Both the position numbers and the translations under genes were made by a program. The notes under the pieces are model-generated. The model made no database searches. It was given only the letters and a program-made list of their open reading frames with translations, and had not been told where the DNA came from. DNA of 64,000 nt from Hyphochytrium catenoides (lineage: Eukaryota; Protista; Hyphochytriomycota). The DNA is taken from contig FLMG01000211.1 of the NCBI GenBank assembly GCA_900088475.1, positions 1 to 64,000 on the forward strand. Reading direction: 5' to 3'. Of this stretch, positions 1 through 11,175 are shown one piece after another; position 1 is the stretch's first letter; the number at the start of each line of letters is the position of its first letter.

Positions 1-437
1 TCCGCTGTCTCCTCTCTATTAAGAGCCCGTCACGACTCTTATATCACACTCCCAAACTAGAGGAGGAAGTAGACGATCTGCTGCTGATGGTGGGCATGGC
101 AAGCGGCCAGGTACTTGTGGCGCTTACCGTCCTCAACCGCAGTCATCTGATATCAAGACCGTTCCGCTGCATAACGAAGGGTATTTTTTGGCAGCGGATG
201 GGTGACAGAGATCAAAGGCTGTGACTGGGAACCGATTAGTATATCCAGGGACCGCCAGGTCACCAGGGCGGAAGAAGGGAGAGCGAGAGAGCAAGTGGAG
301 CGGCACACAAGAGCAGCGGTATCCGGGGTCCGACACTGCAGCAGAACACAATAGGGTGAGACCATGGTTATGACGGCGGGAGGCGCGCCGCCGCCACCCG
401 TGCGACGGATTATCGCATGTTCGCCGTAGACATCCAT
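1..437 (-). CDS. 5' portion of an unidentified spliced gene running off the window edge; model uncertain and frame-damaged
   Basis: ATG at 437 (MDVYGEHAIIRRTGGGGAPPAV). It is preceded by a CT-rich leader on the minus strand (560-770), like other minus-strand genes here. A CTAAT..CCCAG acceptor lies near 225 and a G|GTAAGC donor near 128. An in-frame TGA at 153-155 prevents a clean model. Confidence 0.3.
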
Positions 438-1015
438 TTCGGCTCTTCAGCAACTCTCGTATAGAACTACAGCAGGGGCCACTGGAAAAGGGAGACCAAG
501 GAAGCGCCGAAGCATAGCTCGAGATAAAAAGACTGAGCCTTAGAATACAGCAGCCCGGCCCCCTACAGGGACGGAGAAGAGGCAAGGAAAGCTTTATCAG
601 GCGTGCCGGGGAGAGAAAAGAACGAAGATGAGTCCGAGCAGTAGTTCTACTCGTAGGAGAGGGACGAGAAGAAGAAACTTATCCTGGAGATCAACGAAGT
701 GTTTCATGGAGGGCGTTTCGGCCTATTGTGAGGGATCAGATCAAGGGGAAAAAAGAAGCGTCAGTCGGCGGAAAGATCTCTACTATTCTGCTATTCTGCA
801 GTTTATCTCTTCTCGCGCTTTCTGGAGCTTCAGATTGGCTTTCAGCAGACATTGGCGCTAGAGATTAGTTAGAGGCATGCCTTTTATATATCGTCCCTGA
901 CTGTAACTCAGAGATTGAGAAGATTCGCTGCTACCTATAGCTCATCAGGGAAGATCGAGAGCTTGGATCGTAGTCTGGGTGTCGGCTTGGCTTCTTGTCC
1001 ATTCAGTAGAGCAAC

Positions 1016-3355
1016 ATGGTCCACGTTACCGTGAATAACCCTGTAGTACATGCTGAGGGGTATCTCCCACAGCTCTCTTTGGAAAGTCTCCATAAACTCG
1101 GAACATGAGACAGAAAAGGTGATCTCCCGTTCTTATGCTGACGTTCAGTGGCTCCATCACCAGGTAGGGAACTTTGAAGATTGATTGTAGGTTATCCGCC
1201 GAAACTCACGTCGCTACGTAGCTTTGCACCTGTTTCCGGGTTACTTAGTGCCTGTGCTTCCAGAGAAGAGCTATGAGCTGGGTGAGGTAGAATATCCGTA
1301 GGATGTTAAGGTTTCCTCGGCTGCGGAGGATGGACCTGGCCTCACTCTCTAAGTTACCTGAGGCCAGGCACACACCCCCTTACGGGGCAGGGCATGTACT
1401 TGCGCTCAGGGCAGTCAGTTAGCAGGCCCCTGCTGCCTGCTGGTGCCTCAAAGCATTTCTTTGCACCACCCTCCCTCCCCTTGCATGTAGATTAGGTGTA
1501 GAATTTGTCGTAGAATAGAGGCACTTTGAGGATAAACTAGCTAGATAACAGGCTTCTAAGGGCCAGAGCCTACTACTTCTGTCACACTGCGAAGGCGAAA
1601 GGCCTCGGCACCTTCAATATATATCAGAGCCTCGTGCAACTTCCAAGTATTGCTGTTGATCCCAAACTATAGAGGTCAGTCTCTCCTAGAAGAAGCCGAA
1701 GGAAATTGACTATGGATGGCTTGGAAGCCCTGAGTTCTTTGCCGACCGGAGGGAGGGATTGGAGTCGTTTCTGCAACACATTCTGAACCATCCTGCCCTT
1801 GGCAGATCAGAAGCAGTAAAGGACTTTCTTCAGCTTAGCTCAGCAGGTCTACTCAGGTACTGACCGCCAATAATACAGTCTTGCCAATTATACAGTCTGA
1901 GGAGCCTATCGTGGCTAAGCTTTTCTCATTATTATAGTAAGGCCAATGCGTACAACGAGTCACTCGGTGGCATGGTCACGCAAATGGGCTCCTGGTTGGG
2001 GAAGGCGGTCGAGTCAATCAGCGAAAAGGTAGAGTTGCGAAGACGCTTTTTGTCAATCCGCATTATCTTTTGACCTCTATTTCTCAGTATCCGGCTCCAG
2101 ATATATCTTTCGGGACTGACAAAGTGGTGGATGAGGCCAAAGATTACCTTCGAACCCTGCACAAGCAAACGAGCACTTTAGCCGACCACGTACTCGGCGC
2201 AATAAAACATAGAGAAGCAGCGACAGAAAGTTTGGACAATGCAGTGCAGGATCTCTACGCAATGTCAGAGACTGAGTCCATGTATGATGAGGTATGCTTT
2301 CAGAACCGTGTAGCTGGGTCCTGGAATAGGCTTCTGACACGACTATCTTGATGGTAGGACGTAAGCGGTCATTACTTTGTATCTATGGCACCTGTCTTCA
2401 TCTTCCGAAGACAGCCAGAAGATCATGGCCTTGGCGACCTGTACAAGGAGGTGAGGATGGGAAATGAGGCTCGTGTATCTCTTGTCCCTGGTACCTACGA
2501 CTACGGCTTAGCATGCTCTGTTCCTCTCCCACCAGTCGTGCTCCTCTTAGGGTTCTCCTAACCAGTCTGTTCCTCTCCCACCAGTCGTGCCCTTGGGTGC
2601 GCTGGTTCTCTCTCTTGTCAAGCATTTCTCTTCTACGTTTGCCGTTTATTGGGTTGCATTTCCATGTTTCCACTTTGTGGGCGATATCCATGGTACCTCT
2701 TCTAGAGGTCATCTCTAAAAGAGAGTGATAACCTGTTGCCAGCTCAAGGACCTTCTGAGGATGATAAAGGCCGCTGAAGAATGCCTCCACAGAAGAGATG
2801 AAAAGAGGTGCAGTATTTTCTCCTGTGTATTTGGCTTGTTGCTCAACAGAATTCACCACCGCATCAGGGCAATCTACCTGCAAGCTGAGGAGGAATTGGC
2901 ACGGCTGCAAGCCACAGGAGGACTACTGACCGCCGCCAAGGCTCGCTTGGTTCGCACGAAGGACGATTTTGAGGACGGTATGATAATAAATGTAGTCTCA
3001 GGCTGAGTTTGTAAAGAGAGAGAGAGAGACCAGCGGTAGGAGCTGCATGCTGCGAGAAGGATTGGCGACCAAAGCAGGACCATCACTCCTGTCGACTCGT
3101 CGTAGGTGGACGCCAGAGTGCTTGAGGAGTATGCAGCATGGAAAGCTGGCAAATGCGAGATGGTCAAGCGCTGTGTGACGAAGTTTGTGTAGGCACAGGC
3201 GAGTTCTGCAGCACAACACTCGAGCATCGTGAGTCAAGCTCAAACTCAAGCCTCTGCAGGTATAAGAAGAACTCCGCTTGCTTTGTCATCTCTGTCGAGA
3301 CTAAAGATAATGGAACTATCCTGCTGCAGGTCCAGAACCTGACACCAGCAGATAA
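1016..3355 (+). CDS. Sorting nexin (PX domain + BAR-like helical domain), multi-exon, with several frame disruptions
   Basis: Spliced translation gives PX hallmarks: MVHVTVNNPVVH..LWKVSI..VISRSYADVQWLHHQ, LFPGYLVPVLPEK and FFADRREGLESFLQHILNHPALGRSEAVKDFL. Helical BAR-like exons follow (LKDLLRMIKAAEECLHRR, DARVLEEYAAWK). Introns are GT-AG. Frame problems occur at about 1060, 1222, 2977 and a TAG at 3190. Confidence 0.8.
2517..2590. repeat. 25-bp exact direct repeat (TCTGTTCCTCTCCCACCAGTCGTGC x2, 49-bp period) inside a sorting-nexin intron
   Basis: Copies read directly at 2517-2541 and 2566-2590. Confidence 0.9.
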
Positions 3356-4171
3356 TGCTCCCAACAGCCAGAGATAGATGTGAGAACATGGCCTAACGAA
3401 GAGGCCAGTATTTGCCTCCTGTGAGATGAATGACGTTCCTCTGGAAGGGGAGAGAGATATCTGTCTATAGCCACTATTATATAGCTAATAGCAAAGCCTT
3501 TCTTTTGGATTGTTTGGGAGCAGCAAAGCGGTCCGATCCTTGGCGAGGCCAACACTAGGAATCCTCTCATACTACTGCACTCAAACGGCTCTGTCCCAAG
3601 GCCCTTAACGATGTCCGTAGAGTTTCTTTGATCATCGGAGCCTCTTTCCCTTCCATGACGTTGCCCATCGCTTACCCCTTCCCTATAACTACCTAGAGTA
3701 GCGTGAGCCCATTGAGGGTGCCATAAGCGTCTAAAGATGGCTCATAGGCACTATCTCAGCCTCGGTATTCGCTGTATAGACCCAGAGATCTGGCGCTGCA
3801 GCAGAGCTGATGAAGCTTCTTCTCTACCGTCAACGCGTCCTTGGTCCGTTTACCGCCCGCGCGGGTGTCCCTTGTAGACATACGAGCAAGAGAATAGTTG
3901 CAGGAAGGGCTTGTTGGCGTCCCCTTTGTAGAGAGTTGAGGAGAGAGGATGCGCTGGGTGACAGTTGGAAGTGATGAAAAGTCAGCGCCTCATCAGAGCT
4001 TTCAGACTCAGAATTGTGTCTGGACGGCTGGGCCTGGCCCAGAGACGGAGCTCTTGGCCATCATTTTGAGAGGCTCTCACTGTCCTCCTGCTAAAGAGAA
4101 AGAGCTCTCGTCTACGGCGGCAGCTGGCTAGAAGCTAGAAGCGCTGATAGCCTTTGTGACGACCGGACGCG

Positions 4172-7038
4172 ATGGACAATCGTTGCGCCTCTCGAACACC
4201 AATGACTCTTCGCCTTTCGGTCTGTCTCCTCCTCTGGCTGAGCTACTCTGGGGTGGCCGCTTCTGCTCTTAGCGAGCTGCCGAAGGGAGAAGCTGCACCT
4301 AACTGGATCTTTAAATATCTATCCACAAAGTCTCCCTATCCGTTGGAAGGTGATGACCTTTCCCCATTGAAGTCTCTCGCGTCTGCCGCTCCCCCTACTT
4401 GCTCTCCCATCCACACCTCCTGGGTGTTCCGCCATGGCTCAAGGTATGCTCCCCGCCTGCAACCCCAGCCAAAAAAAGAAAAGTGAGAGAGTAAACAACA
4501 TGCAGAAGAAGAAGAGTTTTGGCTATCATGAGAACAAGAAGCGAGAGAGAGAGACAGGCAGACCGAGAGAGAGGGGAAGAGAGAGAGAGCAGGACAATTG
4601 ATACGAGAAGATGAGAAGCAATGACATCGACGGACACAGAGCTTGACGGGGATAGAGACAGAGAGCAGCAGAGAGAGCGAGCAATATTCTAGATAGCATA
4701 ACATAAGCTGTTAGGTCGCAAAAACTCAGGAACCCGAGAACCAGAGACTCAGCTGCTTATCGTTCACAGGGGTCCGGGAAGCAACGACATCAGAAAGATT
4801 CAGAAGTTTGTCTCCGCCATCCGCGCCATTGAGGCCACTCATAGCACCTCTCTTGGCCCCTCGTGGCTAAGGTCCTGGGTCTCTCCCTATCGTCCAGAGG
4901 AGGACAAGATGCTTTCTCCTCGAGGACTAAGAGAGATGGTGGGGCTTGCCAGGAGGATGAAAAAGAGACTGCCAGGACTGTTAGGCGGGCGGTACAACCC
5001 TAGTAGGATGAAGATTAGGCACAGCGATACCTCCAGAGCGGGTATTAGCGCCTCCGCGTAGGACGCCCCTCTTTCTGTGAATGAACTCCAGCCCTTTCTT
5101 TGGCGCGTCTCTTATCTTCTTCATGCTTCTTCTGAACCTTGTTGCCTATAATATCTCTCGGCGTTGAGCCATTATGTCTATGCACTGCTGCTAGCTCCCC
5201 AACAAATATCCTAGTAGTCTTTTGCGCTTGCCTGGTCCGGCTGCAAGCTCATGATTTTGTCACGTAGTGCTTATGGTCCGCTGGAGCCTGTGTGCTCGTG
5301 ATACTAGCTCTTACGAACCGCTTCGGCCTTATATATACTACTCTTCCTCTGGGCCTGGCCTTTGGGGCATCGTTCCTCTAATCCCACTGTCCTCATCGTA
5401 GGTTCGCCTTTTCCCTGTTGAATGATGGGAATGGCAATGAATTGAGCGAGAAGTACCAGTTCCCATTCTTGCAGACGACCGCGAAGCAAGAGGTCAGTCA
5501 CGCCAACGGTCTCTATCAGCCTTGGTCTTTGACCCCTTCTGTCATTGAACTAAAATATCTACAGGTTTCTTCTATCTTTGGCCATTCTGCTTCTCCCCAG
5601 TTGAGTTTTTCACTTTGCCTTTGGTTCCGTCTAGCTCCGTATTTGCCGCCGTCGCCTTATAGTCAGGATGGGCACTGTTCCTCACTATTATCACTCCGGG
5701 AGCTTCATGTTACCGAGACCCTTGTCTTTCTCTTTGGTGGCTTAATATCTGCCTCGATAATCTGCCTTTGCCTCGTACCTATAGGACCGTCTGCTGCGCT
5801 TCTTTGACCATTGTCCACTCTATGAGCAAGAGGTTCGTCGAAGTGCGGCAGTGATGAAGGAATACGAGGAGTTCAAGAGAGGCAAGCTAATGATGGATGC
5901 AGCCGAGAGACTCGGGAAAACCTTAGGCCTCTCTGCATATAGGAACATGACTCCTGCAGACGTCATCGCAGCGTACACTGCCTGCGCGTGAGTACCTCCC
6001 CTTATAGGAGTTATTTTGTGTTCGCTTTTGCCAGTCAAATCCTTCAATGCGAACCGAGTTCCAAGCTGTAAAGCTTTGACGGTTCGCCTGTACCTATAGA
6101 TGGTGCTGGATCAACTCTAGACGCCTTTTCACTATCAATCACCCGTTATTCGTTCGTTCTCGTGGTCACATGAAAGCTCTGCCTGGCATTGTCAGTCAAC
6201 TTCTTCCATGCCAGCTTCTGCACGGCCGCTTTACTTGCTCAGACTCAACACCTTCTTCGTCCCTTCTGGTTGTAGCTTTGACGTCTCTGTGATGAACACG
6301 ACAGCTCACTGGTGCGCACTACTTTCCCCTGAGACACTGTGGACGTTAAACTATCATAAGGATCTGAAGACGTACTGGACTAAGTTCTATGGCCATCCGA
6401 TCAACTGGAAAATGGGAGTTCCCCTGTTGCAGGTCCCGTCTCTGCTGGCTGGTTCTCTGTCTTTTCTTGGTAGTCAGTCTCTGAATCATCAGTCGCTTGC
6501 TCGCTCTCGCCCTTGCGGTTCCGACAGGAGATCCTCTATTTCATCATGGATTCGCTTTTCTGCTTCTATTAGTTTGATAGCCATGTTCCGTTCCGTGTAG
6601 GAGATCTTCGAGATGATGAAGCGTCATACAAACGACGAAGATGATGACGAAGAATACCATAGCGCTTTCTACTTTGGCCACGCAGAGACGCTGCTTCCTC
6701 TTCTTGGTCTTCTGCGTCTCCCGCTTCACGATCCCATGACTGCTAACATCACACTGCAGGAATTGGAGAGCAGAGCTTACCATTCAAGTCAGGTGGTACC
6801 GTTTAGTTCCAACGTAGGATTTGTGCTCTACAAGTGTGAGATGACCACGGAAGAGAGGAGGGAGGAGTACAAGGTTCAAGTATTTCTAAACGAGAGAGAA
6901 ATGATGGTCCCAGGCTGTGAGGATATCTTCTGCCCCTTCGAAAGCTTCTCGGATCTTCTGCAAGAGAACTTGTCGATAGATTTTGAAAGTGTTTGTGGGT
7001 CTGAACAACCGCAGGGAGTCTGCGAAGTAACATTGTGA
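4172..7038 (+). CDS. MINPP1: Multiple inositol polyphosphate phosphatase-like histidine acid phosphatase (secreted/ER), 6 exons
   Basis: Signal peptide (LSVCLLLWLSYSGVAASA), YLSTKSPY, catalytic RHGSRGP split by intron 1, DRLLRFFDHC, LNYHKDLKTYWTKFYGHPIN, proton-donor FGHAETLLP and VPFSSNVGFVLYKC. All five introns are GT-AG and in frame. The start could be 4172 or 4202. Confidence 0.88.
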
Positions 7039-7415
7039 ACATATCTAAGAGCTTATTTATGAAACGTTTGGTGATCATCATGCTATACTTCGGGTACGAG
7101 AGAAGCTGACGCCTTGCATTGCTTTGCAGCGAATAGTAGATAAGTATGAGAGAGGACGGCCAAGTGCTAGAGGCAGTTCCTCATTCTTCATGATGGTAGC
7201 AGGAGAGAATGGAAAAACGAGAGAGAAATGTATCATGACTGGCGCACAATGGAGGGAATAGAAAGAGTCGCGATGCAGGTAAACAGAAGAAGGGAACGGT
7301 TCTCTAAGGCAAACAAGAAAGAGAGAGAGAGGCCCCCCATTTACTAAAGCAGAGCCATAGGGGCAGCGGATTGAAGAGAGAAGCGTAGAAAAGAGTTGAG
7401 GTCTGCAATTGATTG

Positions 7416-8965
7416 TTATCGCGCTCTAGACTGGCCGGCGATTCCTTCTATGCTTCGGAGCGCACTTCCTCCCGACCCTGTAGACGCTTTTTTCTCCTCT
7501 TCGCCCGCAGGACGCGTTCCTCGTGCAAAATTTGCCCCTTTGGAAAAAGAAAACGCGGGAGGCGCAGCAGAGGGTTCGAGTCGTCCCCTCCAAGACGCAG
7601 CAGCAGGTGCACCTGTTGGCCCACCGCTAGATGGGATAGTGGGCGCAAGTCGATGAGGCTCTTCCCTCTGCTTGACTGCAGTGGTTGCACTTGGTGAAGA
7701 GCCTCTATCTTGTCTCTCATCTCTCTGTCTTCTATGGTCATCCTCCTCTCTCTCTCGTGAGCGTTTTCTTCTTCTATTGTCATCGTAGCTTCTATCTAGT
7801 GAACGCCTCTTCCTCTCTTCATCGCTACCCCTGTCTCTTGATCGTCTGCTTTCCTTGGTCTTGTGTTTCTTTTTCTCTTTTTTCGCCTTCTTCTCCTTCT
7901 TTTCCTTCTTTTGTCTTTTTCTCTTTCGGCCTTCAACATCCGACCTATCAGAGGCTTCCCCGCCCGTAGAAGAGAGAAGGAAGAGAAAGACGTAGTGAGT
8001 AGCTGCGCCAAGAGACCTCTTTTGTCAGCAAACAACTAAAAGAGAGAAGAGAGAGGTTGCAGGTTTATCAGCGTTCCGTCCGCGCTTTTGTACGCCCAAC
8101 TGCCGTTCTGTGTCCCTCCGTAGCTCTTTCTCTTACCTGCTTGTTCCTCATCTTCTTCCTCTTCCTCTTCTGGCCGGCTGAACAGGTCGACCCCCTTCTT
8201 GATAGTAAAGTCCGAGGCCAGCTCTTTCCCTTCATAAGCGTGACCCGGTAGTCCTCGCGTCCGCACCTCACCGTACTGGCCAAGACACAGACAAATGAGC
8301 CGGTCATAAGAAGCGAAAGCCAAATAGTGCGAGGGAGCGCAGGTTGTTGTCAGATAATCAAGGAGTAGATGACAGCGCAAGAGAGAACATTAAGATAGCC
8401 ACACGGTAGACCGAGGAAGCGTTGGCTAGGATCAGAGAGAGAGAGGGAGAAGTGACAGAAAGGCGAGGAAGAGAGGCAGAAAGAGATTTCAAGAGAGATT
8501 CTATAGGAGAGATACAGAAGGACCTCTAAAGACGGCAGAGAAAAGAAGGTAAAGAAGGTTGAGCTCGGTTACCTTTCCGCCATCCTTCTCCAGCTCCTCT
8601 TCTCTCTCTCTCACATCTTTAGGCAGCTTGTACTTCTCAACATGATCCACATGGACCCGTCTCCCTCCCAGCGTGCTTCCGTTGAAGTTATCCACAGCGA
8701 GGACGGTTGAGCGGAAGTCCTCAAACTTCAAAAAGGCAAAACCTCGAGACTTGCCTGTGTCTTTCTCTCTCACAAGGTTGATATCTTCTATCTCTCCGCA
8801 TTGTGAGAAGACGCAGAGTACGTCTCCCTCGGTATATTCATAGGGTAGTCCTCCTATAAAGATCCAGGCGCTGGCCCTGTACTTCTGATGCCAGGAAGCT
8901 TCAAACTTGATGCCCAGCTGAAGTTCTCTCTCATTGATGCGACGGATCTCCTCAATGCGATTCAT
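7416..8965 (-). CDS. RBMX2: RRM protein RBMX2/Ist3/Snu17 (RES splicing complex), 3 exons with a K/R/E-rich C-terminus
   Basis: MNRIEEIRRINERELQLG..SWHQKYRASAWIFIGGLPYEYTEGDVLCVFSQCGE..KSRGFAFLKFEDFRSTVLAVDNFNG is typical of Ist3/RBMX2. Donors lie at about 8571 and 8136. The last exon (AAG acceptor near 7955) reads SDVEGRKRKRQKKEKK... to TAA at 7416. Confidence 0.9.
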
Positions 8966-9723
8966 TGCTTGACAGCAAAAGCGGTAAAGCTGGACAAGAT
9001 AAGAGAGAAGGAAAGAGAGAAAAGCACCGCAAGCAATAGATGAGCTACTTTGCCGGGAGGAGAGCTCAAGCGCAAGAATGAGATGAGCCCCACGATTGCC
9101 ACTGGGCTAGTCTGTCCTACTCAGAAGGCACATGACCAGGAGTAGACACCCCTAATTGGACCACTAGGAGACAAACGGCATGCAGAATCCGATGATTGAG
9201 CTTCAGAGGCGTTGTTCAGGGAGAGACACTTCCTAGAAATCCTTGGTAATAGAGCTTGGACAGATCCTTTGACAGAACTTCATTCCTTGTCTTGGAGCTG
9301 ATGACGCTGAGACAGAAGAGAAATAAGGTGAGAGAGAGAAGAGAGAGAGAGACCAGGATAGAGACAGAGAGGCAAGGAGGTAAGAGTGACATTAGAAAAC
9401 GGGTAATTGTCGCAGAGACAGAGGCAAATAGAGAGAGAAAAGAAAAGAGACAGAGAGCCTAAGAGATAGACCCTCCTGGGGGAGCTTTGGTTAGTGTTCT
9501 GGCAGTTTGTATCATTATCTGGTTCTTCTGATACCAGGCAGAGTAGCATTCAAGCTATTGGTTAGGCTAGAAGAGATGGCGAGAACGAGGCGCATGTTTT
9601 GATCTGCAATGGCTTCTTCAGTTTCCGGGCCACACTTGAGCTTGCCACAACTTGCTGAAGCTCAACCGAGAAGGCTTCAAGGAGACGATAGAGCAAGCAA
9701 GGAAGAAGCTTGAAGCAATAGAG

Positions 9724-10699
9724 ATGCCTGACGCGTGCTGTGGAGGTGGAGGCCCTAAAGGTCCTCCGCCAATTGGGCTCTCCTTCAAGAATGAGAAGCT
9801 GAAGAAGGTGATTCGGTGCAAAGGTTTCGTTGCTCTATGCTTGTCTCTAGTCCCCTGCCCTTGGGCTTCCATTCCACTCTCTTCACCGACCTCACTCTCT
9901 TTCTGTTGAAAGTAGCCACGTTGTTTTTCAGCTTTCTTGTTGCCATGGGCACTCCTCTAGCTCCTTGATAGACGAACCAATTAACTTCTAGGAACCCGAG
10001 CTTCTAAGAAGAGCAGGCCTCTTGACAACGTGTATGCTCTCCCTCTTTTCTCAGGTGCGGAAGGCAAAGGACCTGGACGGAAATGACGTGGTGATTGAAG
10101 ATGATAGTTCATCTTCTGAGGAGGAGGAGATCGAGCATGAGGAGCACGTAGTTGACGATTACGATCCAAAGACCGACGGCAAGGAAGAGAAGAAGGGCCT
10201 CAACTGGTTGGCTGTTATGTTCTTGGTGGTACGATAGGCACTTCCTCTCGTTCTCCTTCCGGCCTCTTTGTTCTATTAGTCAACGCTTCTCTCACCGCTC
10301 TGGCACTCTCCACACTGCACAGAGGGCCTTTTCATGGCTGTTTCTCCCCTTCTCCTGCTCGAGTTCTCACTCATTTCGGCGATGCATAGACCGAATGTCT
10401 AACATATGGGAATCTTCCTTGTGTAGCTGATGGTGGGGCCAGCTATCCTTCAGGGACTTATATTCGCGTCCTCGCTTGTCTCGGAGACGGTGGTAGGGGA
10501 CGCTCTGGGCTGGTCTTACCGGGCTCGTTTAGTTTCTTTCTATACAGAGCACAACCCTACGAAATTAGGTGAAGTAGATAGACTGTTGAGGCGGTACAAG
10601 GGGCGAGAGGATGAGCTCTTCCAGCAGTTGGAAAGGAAGTACGGAGATGATGAAGGCGTTGGAAAGAAGAGAAGAACCTCTGGAAGGAGGAAGTACTGA
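9724..10699 (+). CDS. Small membrane protein: acidic linker, hydrophobic segment and C-terminal FYxxHNPxK..YxGRExELF..LxxKY domain; 3 exons
   Basis: MPDACCGGGGPKGPPPIGLSFKNEKLKK | VRKAKDLDG..GLNWLAVMFLV | LMVGPAILQGLIF..RLVSFYTEHNPTKLGEVDRLLRRYKGREDELFQQLERKYG. GT-AG introns preserve the frame. Confidence 0.75.
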
Positions 10700-11175
10700 A
10701 CGCCACTGAAATTGAGATAACCACGAGAGTTGAGTGGCTACCAAGTGAGAGGAAAATGGCGCTCAAGGACGAAAGAGGATAGTAGCTTTGACGAAGCCTT
10801 GAATGAATGTGTCTTGCTGCACTGCTGCTTTGAAGGTAGTTTATCCTCGCTGTCTGCCCTCTCTAGAGCGGAAGCAAGGTACGGAACAACACTCTCAGCA
10901 CGTCTCCTGCAATAGCTGAACGCTTGGAGAAAGAAAGGAGCAATGCGCTTGCTTAAATACTAGACAGGCCCTGTAAGATTGGTAAACCGCTACAGCGCAC
11001 CGCTTGACATCCATCAAAGAATCCACAACGGTGTCAGCAGCCAGTTGTGTCTGTGGTCTCTCTACTCACAGCCCGCTAAGAACGCGTCGATCGTAGCATG
11101 AGAGAGATAGAATGACGATAAGTGAGAAAGAAGCAGCAGCAGGAACTGCCATATCATGGAGATAGTTGTTGCTGA

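Noticed and set aside
52-260. Plus-strand WD40-like reading (LLLMVGMASGQVLV..GWVTEIK)
   Set aside because: It needs two frameshifts, and the leader polarity and splice signals favour a minus-strand gene. Probably coincidental.
3190-3192. Stop-codon reassignment (TAG = Gln/Glu) suggested by the in-frame TAG in the sorting nexin
   Set aside because: UBE2W, DNA-PKcs, the dynamin and the acyltransferase all end at TAG at the expected C-terminus, and the 4,142-codon exon contains no in-frame stops.
7565-7592. GGTTCGAGTC resembling a tRNA T-loop or B-box
   Set aside because: It lies within the antisense of the RBMX2 coding exon and no cloverleaf can be folded.
9571-9723. In-frame TGA at 9637 (GHT*AC) upstream of the small membrane protein as a possible selenocysteine
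   Set aside because: There is no in-frame ATG upstream before a TAG, a good start exists at 9724, and I could not identify a SECIS.
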